From Lytechinus pictus (lineage: Eukaryota), in assembly GCF_037042905.1 (NCBI RefSeq), contig NC_087250.1:25546001-25610000 (forward strand): DNA of 64,000 bases, read 5' to 3'. Shown here in pieces: positions 52,051 through 64,000 of this stretch. The first letter of the stretch is position 1. Every line of letters begins with the position of its first letter. The translations under genes and the position numbers were made by a program. The notes under the pieces were generated by a model, which was given only the letters and a program-made list of their open reading frames with translations, was not told the origin of the DNA and did no database searches.

Positions 52051-53064
52051 CATGAGCCATAATTCGCCATCTATTCTACCCCAAGCCTGGCCCAGAAGCG
52101 TCACCGACATGCGGGAACGGTACTGAATGTCGTATTCTCGCCACCCGAATCCAGTATATTTATTAGCAGCTGATCTGATAAGGCTGCAGTATTTAAGCAA
52201 GGCCTGGGCCGAGTGACTGTGCGCCTCTAAGTAGACGCTCGCATATACCAGAAACGCGCTGGTCCACAACTCGATATTGGTAATCTTGTTTTTTGAGCTA
52301 GCCACAGGTTTCAAGAAAATTTGTTGACCATTCTGGACCATCGTGAACCCAAATTGTTCCTCCTGTGGCCCCATGGGCCGGGTGGACATCCCCTGATCAC
52401 CAACTAGCCCATTTAGATCTATATATTCACCTCTCCATATTTTTTCTTTGATGTTCTTGGGAATCGCAGCCCCTAATGCTTCCCCGTGTATTTGAGTTGG
52501 GTTAACACTCACTGGCCTATCATTTAGTGCTGAAGCTTGGCCCTGGTTTGGATCTAGGCCTAAGTTCCGAGTCAAACTGGAGCTAGATCTAACGTTAGAA
52601 TTACTGCTGTAACCGTCCTCGGAAAGGATACGACCTACAGGGGGACCTAGGTCACTAGGCCTAGTGTATGATGGTGGCACAATACTCGGAAATGACCCCA
52701 TGGGAATGGGTGACACCACACCACTCTCATCCCTAGCAGTCACGGCATTACCGATATTAGCTGTATCTGCACTAGTAATCACGTTAGTTGTAATAACAGC
52801 ATCAGCAACCTCACCTGACACGGGTATTTGTGGTTGATTTGGCTGAGGCGTAGAGCTCATCTCCAGCTGCCCCGGTCCGGAGAGCGTCCGTTGGACTTCA
52901 CCACCCTCGGCCTGCGCTGACGCTGCTCCACCTTGCCCGGTATTTTCACCATTTCTCCTCCTTGATCTCGTAATAACTCTATTTGCCGTCCTCCCGGCAG
53001 TGTCAGTCTCTTGTTTGCGTGGTCTACCACGGCCACGGCCACGTCCAGCTTTCCGTTTGCCCAT
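52051..53064 (-). pseudogene. Ngaro gag N-terminal part (disrupted by the foldback)
   Basis: ATG 53064 with an AT-hook-like GRGRPRK, then IKEKIWRGEYIDL, WTSAFLVY, WREYDIQYR, WGRIDGELW. Confidence 0.88.
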
Positions 53065-53125
53065 GTTTTAACGCTAATCGGGAAAAATTCACGTAGTGAA
53101 CAAATCACAAAAAATAACGTCTTGA

Positions 53126-53489
53126 AAAAATAACGTCTTGAATCCTCCAGTGCGAAGTTGAGAATGAGCACACGTTTGCAATTCTTCCAGCGGGTGCGCA
53201 CGTCCCGAAATCGCTTGCTATATTTCATTGGCTGTTCCCCGCATATAGGCGGAGCCTGCTCGGCAGTTGTTAAGCTATCACTAAGGACATTGCATTATGG
53301 GGCTAATGAGGCTGCTGTCGGCCAATCGCAGACCTGTTGTTGGGGGCGTGTCCTTGAAGATTTCCCGCGGAATACAAGCGCGCATTAATTGATCTTCACG
53401 GATTGTATGGAACGCTATTAGATACGTCTGCTGTAAGGACCTGCATTCTCTCACGAATGCGTCTATTCGCTAATTCGAATAATCGTATT
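53126..53489 (-). repeat. Ngaro repeat A1 (5' end)
   Basis: Near-identical to 39760-40123. Confidence 0.9.
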
Positions 53490-54509
53490 TTCAAACCAAA
53501 GAAAAAAACTTTTATGTATGACCAGTTTTAAAATCATATCACTCAATGTACGAGGTACATGTATAAGGAATTACGTTAAAAGAAAGAAAAATTTTATTTT
53601 TTTGCAAAACCAAAGGGCAGATATATTCTGCTTACAAGAAACACACAGTACAAAAGAAGTGGAATTATTTTGGAGAAACCAAATGAAAGGTGACTTTTTC
53701 TTTTCTCATGGTTCTAATTGCAGTCAAGGTACCCTAATATATATTAAGAATGGTTTTGACTATGTGCTAAAGAGATCGATTTCTGACCCAAATGGTCGAT
53801 ATAATCTTAATTTGGTTCCATGACAATTGCTCCGCCGACATCTGCTCCGCCGACAATTGCTACGCAAAATACGACAACTGCTCCGCCGACAATTGCTCCG
53901 GACAGTTGCTCCGCCGACAGTTGCTCCGTCGACACTTGCTCCGCCGATATTTGCTCCGTCGACACTTGCTCCGCCGATATTTGCTCCATCGACATCTGCT
54001 CCGCCGATATTTGCTCCGCCGACAGTTGCTCCGCCGATAATTGCTCCGCCGACATCTGCTCCGATTTTACGACAATTGCTCCGCGACAATTGCTCCGCCG
54101 ATATTTGCTCCGCCGATAATTGCTCCGCCGATAATTGCTCCGCCGAAAATTGCTCCAATTATACGACATTTGCTTCACGACAATTGCTCCGCAGTCTATT
54201 GCTCCGCCGTCATGTGTTCCGATAATTGCATGAACATCTCACAAATTGTTTTGTTGTTGTTTTGTTCTTATTATTTTTATCTATTTATTTCATTCTCCCC
54301 TATCATCACAGCTTTCTGCTTAAAAAAACAAAATTGTTCTCCCTGCCGCCGCCACTGTCTTGACAAATTGTAACGCAGAAGGGGAATGACACACTCCCCA
54401 TTGGAATTGTGAATCTGGATTTTTGTTCATATATTATTATCATTGGTTTCAATCCGGTCTTGAGCGGGGAGAGAATGGGGGGGGGGGGTGCTGGACACAA
54501 TATCTCTTC

Positions 54510-56482
54510 CATAGGCGGATCCAGGGGAGGGGCCGAGGGCCCCCCCCCCCCCACACTGGCTGAACAAAAAAAAAGAAAAAAAGGAAAGAAAGAAAAAAAG
54601 ATGGAAAGAGAAGAGTAAAAAGAAGAGGAGGAAGACGAGTAAATAAAATAAGATGAGGGAAAGACTTGGAAAATAAAAAGAATCTTTCATGTCACTGTAT
54701 AAAATTTTCCCTCGCGCTTCGCGCTCGCATTGCCTGTTAGGTGATTTTTCATATCTTGTTCAATAAGTATGGAGTTTAAATATCAAGTTTGGAAGTCAAT
54801 ATACAAAACATATTTCACTTCGGGAATCGAACTTTCATTGTTTTGTGTGATTTACAAATTGATTTTTAAAAAGTGCTCTGTAAAAATGTCAGTTTTATGG
54901 TCTGAATTTTAATATTTTCTACTCGCGCTGCGCACTCGCAAATTTTGATATATCAGGTACCTATTATTTTCGTGTATTCTGTAAAGTTTTCAAAATATCC
55001 CTTTTCAGTTCTGATTGTCAAAACGTATCAGCTAGCGCTGCGCTCGCATTTGAATGGAGAGTTATGTATTTCTCAATATTGAATATACAAATAAACTACT
55101 TAAATCCCCATTTAATGACAGTTTATCAAAAAATTTGGCTCGCGATTTGCGCTCGCATTCATGGTTAAAAATATATTAACTGATGCATCCTATTTATGAC
55201 TACGAAAGTAATTAAAATGTCCAGTTTTCAGACCATGATATCATCAGATTTTGTGCCGTCATTAGGCATTAATGAGTAAGATATTACTTTAGAAATTAAA
55301 TTGTCCCTTTTGTTTTGTCTCGCGCTTAGCAAGAGGAATAGGAAAATAGTCATCATTTTCATATGATGACATGTCCTAAGGATGTCCCGGTCCTATATAT
55401 GTCAAAACTCAAAGTAATAATAGAACATATCAGCTCTTTATTAAGTGCAATCCATATCCACCTCACAAATTCACAAAGTGCTTGAAATATAGAGCAGAAA
55501 TTGACTCTTTTTTACGTCGGAAAATCAAATAGTTTATTCTATTTAAAACATTATCCAATTTCAGATCACAATATCAAAAATGTCCTGCTCGCGCTTTGTG
55601 CTCGCATTATCAAGTTAGGAAGATCCCATATTACTCATTCTTTTCATGGTTTACAAAACATGAATAGAGCGTCCCGTTTTAGGTCTAAATCTCGATTTTT
55701 CCACCCGCGCTTCGCGCTCGCTTAAATTGGTTAGTTATATAACTATCCTGTTCACGATTACAAAAATTGATTGAAATTTTCCATTCTTTATGTAGAAATT
55801 TCAAAATGTTTCAGCTCGCGCTTCGCGCTCGCATTATTTGATTGTTGAAATATGTAGCCTCTCATGGCTAAGTGCAAGCAATCCTTAACAGGTTATCTTT
55901 TCGATCACTTTAAAATGTATACATTAAAACAAATTCTGCTTGCGCTTTGCGCTCGCATTATTAATGTAAGGAAGATCCCCAATTACTCATCCTTTTCATG
56001 ATTCACAAAACATGAATAGAGTGTCTCGTTCAGTAGGTCTAAATCTCGAAATTTTCCGCTCGCGCTTTGCACTCGCTTTATATGATTTTTAAAGTATTTA
56101 ACGTCTTCATGGCTAACTGCAAGCAATCTTTAACAAGTTCCTTTTCCATCAGTTCATTTCTGATCGCGCTTCTCGTTCGTAGTAATTATTTAATTGCATA
56201 CACATCTTTCTCATGATAACAAACATTGACCAGAATGTTCCAATTTTAGAAAAAAAACATAAAATATCCTTTAAAAATTTAGCTCGGGCTTCGCGCTCGC
56301 ATTATATAAATAAGGATTATGATATTATCTATTTATGTTGATTTATAAGAATAAAGCTAAGAAGTGACTTTAGGACTACCCCTTCAAAGAAACCAAAATC
56401 ATCATCGAGCGGCCGATCGGGGAAAATATGGCTATAAACCCCCCCCCCCCCCTCCTATTGGCGAAGGCTAGATCAGCCCCTG
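54510..56482. mobile_element. Non-autonomous DNA transposon with periodic CGCGCTTCGCGCTCGC motifs
   Basis: CATAGGCGGATCCAGG ... CTAGATCAGCCCCTG. It is absent at the homologous site in copy 1 (about 45485). Confidence 0.75.
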
Positions 56483-57424
56483 CCCTTCTGCTTTCCAGCA
56501 ACTTATACACCATACATTCGCGCCCCCCATCTCTCTCTCCCTCTTTCTCGTTTTGTTCTTTCACACTATTAATTTTCATTGGTTACCGCTTGATTTATTG
56601 TATATTTATCAGCATTACAATTATCAATATTTTTATCAATATTTTTTAATTCGTCTTGGGCCTTATCTACCCTTGCACCTTATTTCTTTAAATTTGTTTC
56701 AAACGAAAGCATGATCATCACTGGCGTACAGATAGGGGAAGGGCGTGCTAGGGGTCACGGATCCACCCCCCCCCCCCATTCTCCCTACCAATGAAAAAAA
56801 AAAATAAAGGAAAGGAAACCAAATGTCATCCTTGTCTGGCCCCTCCATTTTTTTTGTTGGCTCATTACGCTACTGGTGAGTTATTATAAGACGAGACTTC
56901 GGTTGTATTTTTTTCAATTCTGTGCAATAGCAACAATATAAATATATTTTAATAAATGAATATATGTATGTATCTCTCTCATAACGTATAAACAAATAAT
57001 GTTGTTTCTAAAAGACAATAATACATATATATATACCAGTAATAATATAGTTACATATTCATGAAACCCAATAACGCATCGCACTGAATTTATAATGCGA
57101 GCACGAAGCACGAGATGTTAGTAACCTGGAAAGGGGACATTTATACGCATTTTTTTTATTGTAAACATAAAGCATACCTATTGAATTTCACCTGGAGTAA
57201 ATATCTCCACTTCGGAGCATATTTCGCCAGAGCGATTTTGACGCTAAGAATTTTTTTTTGTCCAGTCCTAATAATTACATGAACACGCGTATTTTTTTTC
57301 TTCATTTTAATCACCAGGCACGAAATAAAACTTAAACAAATGCCCCCCCAAGGAATAAGAATTAAGAATATATATCCCTCCTTTGTGCTTATCCCTTTTT
57401 TCTATTTCTTTCTATGTTATGTAT

Positions 57425-57573
57425 CAGGGGCCGCGGAACCGGGGGCTGGGGGCTTCAGCCCCCCCCTCCCCCCTTTTTTTTCCAAAACCGTGTACAAAAA
57501 CGTAAAAATGACCATATGATTGTGATTTTTGGCATGGTCAGCCCCCACTTTGAAAACCGTTCCGCGACCCCTG
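57425..57573. mobile_element. Small MITE (CAGGGGCCGCGGAAC)
   Basis: TIR CAGGGGCCGCGGAAC / GTTCCGCGACCCCTG. A partially deleted copy lies at about 51309-51410 and another starts at 63964. Confidence 0.7.
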
Positions 57574-60254
57574 TGTATGTCATGTAATATATCAAATTTA
57601 CTTTGCCATATATATGTTATAATATACACATTTGTAAATTGAGGTCTTCATCCTGTGCTACAATTGTTATGCGCATGAAAGTACGAATTAATTTAAATGT
57701 CGCAATATCGGAGCAATTTACGGCGGAGCAGATGTCGGCGGAGCAAACATTGACGGAGCAGATATTGGCGGAGCAATTGTCGCGATGCAATTTTCGGCGG
57801 AGCAGATGTCGGCGGAGCAATTATCGGCGGAGCAGATGTCGGCGGAGCAAATATCGGCGGAGCAATTGTCGTATAATCGGAGCAGATGTCGGCGGAGCAA
57901 TTTTCGGCGGAGCAGATGTCGGCGGAGCAAATATCGGCGGAGCATATGTCGACGGAGCAAATATCGGCGGAGCAAGTGTCGACGGAGCAAATATCGGCGG
58001 AGCAAGTGTCGACGGAGCAACTGTCGGCGGAGCAACTGTCCGGAGCAATTGTCGGCGGAGCAGTTGTCGTATTTTGCGTAGCAGTTGTCGGCGGAGCAGA
58101 TGTCGGCGGAGCAATTGTCGGGTCACCCTTATTTTGATTGAAGTTGAAGGAAAATTACTCGTTTTGTTAAACATATATGCAACGGACATTGTTACAGAGC
58201 AGAGATATTTTTGGTCTCGTGTAAAAGAGGTATTAGAAAGTATTGAGAACACTGAGGAAACAGTGTTACTGCTAGACGGAGACTTCAATATTTGTCTAGA
58301 TCCTCAATTGGATAGACTTGGAATTACAACCGTAGATAATTACAAAGAAAGTAGAAGAGATTTAATATCTCTGCTCTGTGAACATGACCTGCTGGACATA
58401 TGGCGTCGCCAAAACCCTAAATTGAAGAGGTATGCATGGAGAAGGAATGACTTAAAAAGTCAGAGTAGATTAGATTACTGGCTAATCTCAAATGATATTC
58501 AAGAGTTTGTGTCTGATGTTAATATCATACCATCGATAGCCAAAGACCATTCTGCGATTATATTGTATCTTACTTTGAAAAAAGAAAAACCGGGAAGTGG
58601 ATATTGGAAATTTAATTCTTCTTTATGTTCTGATGAAAAATACTGTAAATCCCTTAAGGGAGATTTTGAGATATGGAAACAAGAATGTGAATCATTCGAC
58701 CCTGCATTTACATGGGAATATCTTAAATTTAAAATTAGAAGAATGACACAAATATTTAGCAAAAAGAAAGCCAAGTTGGTTAAACAGAAACGTATTGAGT
58801 TAGAAGATAATGTGAAAAAACTAGAATATATCATCGGAGAAGGGGATAAGAATAAGATCTCACAGTATGAAAAAGCTAAAGAAGAATTAGAAGAATATTA
58901 TAGAATTGTCACAAATGGATTAGAGTACGGTGAAAGAAGTAATAAATATTTTTTGTCTCTTGAAAAGCATCATAAAAACAAATCTACCATTCGTAAGCTT
59001 GAAGTACAAAATGAAGTTCTAGAAGATGAAAGTAATATTCTTAAAGAAATAAAAAAAAATTATAAATCATTGTACTTGAAACAGCATGTTGAGTTGGACG
59101 ATTCTAATGCCAGATCATTTTTGTACAATGAGATTAAACGTTTGGATGAAGAATCCCGAAACAGTTGTGAAGGTCTATTAAAAATAGACGAATGTCAGGC
59201 AGCGGTTAAAGCAATGCCAGTCAGAAAAATCACCAGGTAATGACGGATTCACAAAAGAATTTTATGTGAGATTTTGGGACATTTTGTCTGGCCCTCTGGT
59301 AGCGGCATTGAATTATTCTTTTATAAAATCCGAACTATCTTCAAGTCAAAAACAGAGTGTTGTTACGTTGATACTTAAACCAAACAAAGATAAAAGATTT
59401 TTGGAAAATTATCTACCTATTTCATTGATGAATGTTGATGTCAAAATTTGCTCTAAAGTTCTTTCAACACGCTTACAAAAAGTAATACATTCAATAATCA
59501 ATCCAGATCAACATGCTTTTATTAAAGGAATAAATATTGCAGAGGCAATTCGGAATGTACATGATATGTTTTACTACCTTAATACTGAAGAAAAGGATGG
59601 TTACATTGTATCGATCGACTTTAAAAAGCCTTCGATTCGATCGATCACGAATTTATATTTAAAGCCCTTGAATCGATTGGCGTAGACCAATTTTTATCAA
59701 GTGGGTCAAAACCATAGAGATGTATACTAATAACGCTAGAGGGCGTACTTCGTCAAATTGCTGTGATTACGCGGAGACCGGCCGCCATTACTCGATAGGT
59801 CTTCGCAGCCTGCCATGCGCGTACAATCCCTATGGGGCATGTACAGAAACGGAACAAAATGATGACATATTATCGCGAAAGCAAATGGAAAAGTTAAATA
59901 GTATTGAATGTACAGAATTACAGTTTAATTTAACAAAAAATCTAACGAAACTGAGAACAAAAATGCCCATATATATATATATGGGAATATCAATATAGCG
60001 CATAATATACAGGCCAATGATACATCCCCAATTGTTTTTGCTTTGGTCATAACTTTTCGATGCACTAATATGACTGTTATTTTCTAAAGATTTGGAAGGG
60101 ATGAATATTAAAAATAACATGTAGGCCTGGGCATATTGTTCTAGGGAGTCCTGATTAACAAATTTATAACATGTTCAAGTTGACCTCAGAAATTTAGTCA
60201 AGAACGGTTACTTGGCCTATACAGGCCATATCACAGTGTCTAATGCATATGAGA

Positions 60255-60431
60255 CACTGGCGGATCTAAGTGGGAGGGGGGCAGAGCCGGCTCGTGACCC
60301 CCCCCCCCCCCAATTTTGAGAGGCACAGTTAAAATGTGTAATGTTAAATGCCGTTAAAACACACTAGTGTACCCCCCTTTGAATTATCTACCCCCGGCTC
60401 CCCCTTTTGGAAAATCCTGGATCCGCGCCTG
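60255..60431. mobile_element. MITE, same family as 3555-3800
   Basis: CACTGGCGGATCT ... AAAATCCTGGATCCGCGCCTG. Confidence 0.7.
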
Positions 60432-62761
60432 ATCTGATAGAAAACACAATTGCATTATTTTCAAGTAGTTTCATAATAACCATGATGCTGATAATTTATT
60501 TCTTCATTTTTTAGAATAATTGTTATAATTTATTTTCCGTATATACATGTATAGATCTACACATAGAAATCATATGGGCATAACTCCTTTTCCCCATGGA
60601 TTTAAATGTCGATGTAACCGTCATCACAATAACTCGTGAGTCATAAAATAACTTTTTATTGATAATATTTGAAAATGATTTACACATTGGTCCAATTAAT
60701 TGATGAATCTATAAGTTTATGATTTATATTTCCAATGTTGGCAACCATCCGATCATATACTTTCTTTCTTGCAAATCAATGTAGAAAAGTTTGTTGACAG
60801 CAAAATTTGCATATCGAATGCGCGCATGCATGCAGTCGTACAATAAAATATTTTGCAATGTATACAGGAGGCCTAATATTGAGTGAAATTGTGTTTACAG
60901 TATTGCCTTGTAAACATGATAAACAAATTACGATGCGTGTTTAACGCAACATAAAAGATTTTCACTTTGATTTTCTGGAAAATCTAGACTTGATTCACCC
61001 CGGCTGAAATACCATGCTGATCGGCAAACCGGTTGAGATATTGTGTTTGTGATCCTATGATTGAACCAATATTATGTGAACAATCAAGGATCGAATAATA
61101 AGAAGAGGAAGAAGGAGGAGAAGGAGAGGAGAATAAACAGAGCGGGAGGGGGATATAATATTTTTTTTTAAATTATACTACGAAGTACATTATTACTGCA
61201 TCTGAGTGTATAAAACCAATTGATAACAATATCCTGAAAGAGATACATACATGCACACTTAAACGTATCATAAAAACTTTGTGAGTACGAAAACCAAGCA
61301 TATTAAACAATAATTATAGACCTATTGTAAAACTGACAAATCCTTGGAATAAGATGTTACAAATTGTCGGCTGTTAAGTGATCATCCTAATTTAACCTCA
61401 AATATAATACCTGTCTTGAAATTGTGTTAATCAAATTAATGTGAATGTGTTGCTTGAATACTCACTTAATCATGTTAATGACAAAGATTTCCTAATTACA
61501 CTGGCTCCGGCCTCTCGGCTCTGTGTATAAACAGATATAAACACGCGTTTTACATAATCTTTTTCCCCCCTTTTTTTTGGTCATTTTAAAAGTATATACT
61601 GAATTTGATTTTCTCATTTTTTTTAATGATACGATTTCCATGGATGAACAAAATTATGTCAGTTTATTACGGGGCCGCGGAATGATTTTGAAAGTGGTGG
61701 TCGGGGGAGGGATGCATAAAATCACAATCAAATTGTATTATGTACTGTTCATTTTCACTTCAGGGGTCCGGTCGCGCCCCCTGTACTTGAATACTTTTAT
61801 TTTGATTGTGAATTTGCTTGGATGCGTATGTCACTTCACCCCACCCCCTAAAAAGCGAATAAAATAAACCGATTCTAACTCAAAGAGAAGGGTAATAAAA
61901 GCAAAAATTTTGGAACAATGAAAAGTCATTCTATATATTTTTTAAATCAATATCTCATTTTCGGTGCCGTATAGGCCTGCAGATTTTTATCATATTCCTA
62001 TGAGAAAAAAAATTAATAAAACCACTGATGAACCAATATAGTTTCACCATTGATGGTGTAACGGGAGGCTCACCAAGAAAAATTAATGAGATGCCCTGAA
62101 ATACTACTTGCTAATAAAACTAAAATAGCTCATATATATTTAGTATAAGATAAAAACACTAACTTATACAAATTATTGTACATTAAAAAAAAATATTACT
62201 AGAATATATTTCATACAAATTAAGGCAAGTTACATAATAGTAGGCCATGTATGCTCAATTTTATAGGCCTACTGTTTTCTTTTTTTTTCGAGATAAGAAT
62301 GTTCATCTGTAAAATTGTTATAGGGCCTATCCGATTTATATAACTTTGTATTATGTTTGAATGGAAATGAAAAAAAAAATGAATTGAAGTGAAGTGAAGT
62401 GAAGTGAATTGAAATTACAAAATTATATGCGACATAAATTGGTCGATGAGAACATGGAATCATGTGGATGAAGGAATTGCCAAAGGACGATGACAGTTAA
62501 AGCCAAAGGTAAGGAAATCCATAGAAGATGGGCTGATTAACTGTCTTTTGAATTAAATGTCAAAATTTACTATCAATGTTTTATTTTATTTATTTATCTA
62601 TTTATTTATTTATGTGTTATCAATATGTTGTCTTTTATTATAATAGGCCTATAAACGGACAGGGGGAACAGGTATTCGTAGATGCAAATTATTTGAGAAT
62701 TTCATCCCGAGAATTCAGGTAAAAGACAAATCAATAACTGATCCCCATGTAATCACACTAG

Positions 62762-63960
62762 CAGTGGCGTAACAGGGGTCGGTGGCCAGGGGGGGGGGGG
62801 GCAAGAGCCAAAAATTTCCCGGTCATACCATGGTATGAACAGGCGTAATGGTGTAATGAGGCGACTATTTTAAGAAGGCCAGATATTGCGTATCGGGCAG
62901 AATTTATCTTTAAAAAAAGTTGCGAGCGAGCGAGCAAAAATTTTGACCTTTTTAATACAAAAATCCAATTTTGTGATCGATTTTGACATGATATCCAGAA
63001 TGATATATTTCACTCTTCTCTCTATAGATTCCTTTATTTTGTGGTCTGTACGCCACTGTGAACAGGATTCTTTGCGGCAGTAGCGTGAAGAGTAAAAAAA
63101 AATATAAAAAAACCGATGGCGGAGTATAGCACATGTGCTAAAAAGCTGCTTTATAAGTTCCGAGCGAGCGAAGCGAGCGAGAAAAAAATCACCTTTTCAT
63201 GAGAATCTAACTTTGAGCTATTTTTTTACATTATATTCAGTAAATAAAATCATATCCTACACTTTTCCTTTGCTTTTCTTTCCTCCTTTTTTTTTGGTTC
63301 TTGTTTGTAAAACTTTTGGGGCCAAGGCCCATCCCTTCCATACGCAGTGCTATACGGTTGGGGTCCGGGATGGAGCCCCCGGAACTTCTTGATATCAAAG
63401 CCATTTAAACCTCGCAGATTGCCGCTATTTTAATCAAATCGCGGGCATATACAGAATATAGCTTTTACACAACACATTTATTCAACCCAGTTGCGTAATG
63501 AAACAAATATTTTGAGGGGGCAAAACATAGCAATGTGGGAAAAATTTGTAAATAGTCGCCAGCGTGCAAAGCGAGCTGGAAAAAAATTGCCTATTGAAAT
63601 TAAATTCTAATTATGTGATAGATTTTCCCACTATATTCAGCAAATAACACATTTCATTGTTCCCATTCATTTCATTATACGTTGTCTCCTATAATTTTTT
63701 TTATTTCCTCTAGGGTGTGGAACCAAGATCCCACCCCCCCCCCGCGCCTGTATGCCAGTGATTGAACGTGATTTAACGGGGGGGGGGGGGGCGTTATAGA
63801 GCCATTTGAAGGTTATAAATGAAGAGCCCCTACTGCGTGGGGTCTGCATGGGGCAAAGGTAGCTTATTTGCATAAAATTTAGCAAGCTTATAGCAGAATG
63901 TTGTATGCAGTCCATCTTTCTTCCCGCTCTTTAATTTCAATTATCAGCAGCCTGGTTGTG
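62762..63960 (-). mobile_element. Inverted copy of the 49666-51209 element
   Basis: Reverse-complement homology to about 50045-51209. Confidence 0.8.
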
Positions 63961-64000
63961 TTCCAGGGGCCGCGGAAGCGCGGGGGTGGGGGGGGGGGGC

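Larger units (their letters stand above)
38700..53489 (-). mobile_element. Ngaro-type (DIRS order) tyrosine-recombinase retrotransposon with split direct repeats
   Basis: Order on the minus strand: A1 (53489-53126), gag, RT/RNaseH, YR, SGNH, B1 (40776-40124), A2 (40123-39760), spacer, B2 (39356-38703). The repeat copies are nearly identical. Confidence 0.92.
53814..58127. mobile_element. TU-like foldback DNA transposon, copy 2
   Basis: Same termini as copy 1. TSD CTTAATTT/CTTATTTT (7 of 8 match). The interior is homologous to copy 1. Confidence 0.88.
38180..59715 (+). mobile_element. L1/Tx1-type LINE, 5'-truncated, split by the Ngaro element and a TU-like foldback
   Basis: ORF1 3' part 38180-38455 (KFLRYRDRE...IFVSDD...TR...LRAAG). 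ORF2 ATG at 53518 (ISLNVRG, LQETH) resumes at 58128 (GDFN, SRLDY, DH, WKFN, KSPGNDG, PISLMNVDVKI) and breaks off inside RT near 59715. Confidence 0.8.

Noticed and set aside
62430..62515. Possible downstream NLR exon ending AAG|GTAAGG
   Set aside because: No clear acceptor or LRR-like translation, so it is not supportable.

Overview
AT-rich animal genomic DNA. The Death-NACHT-LRR gene, Ngaro element and TU-like foldbacks suggest an echinoid (sea urchin), which is an inference. Most of the window is nested transposable elements around one host gene. From left to right: (1) an L1/Tx1-type LINE with an open ORF2 running off the left edge (1-3250, minus). (2) A CR1/L2-group LINE (about 4970-29445, plus) split by about 19 kb of nested insertions: two Rex1/Babar-like LINEs, a 7.3 kb foldback, MITEs, a HINE, an RLE-clade LINE fragment, and a 405-bp repeat carrying a well-folding tRNA-like gene with a UCA anticodon inside a (TA)n tract. 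(3) A spliced Death-NACHT-LRR (NLR) gene (32261 to beyond 37480, plus). (4) Probably inside an NLR intron, a second L1/Tx1 LINE (38180-59715) interrupted by a young Ngaro tyrosine-recombinase retrotransposon (38700-53489, minus; split direct repeats, gag/RT-RH/YR/SGNH) and by two copies of a TU-like foldback transposon with 15-bp-repeat arms and 8-bp TSDs. The leading candidates for something new are the UCA-anticodon tRNA repeat, a predicted spliced Gag-SGNH fusion in the Ngaro element, and tandem multibranch RNA structures in its B repeats.
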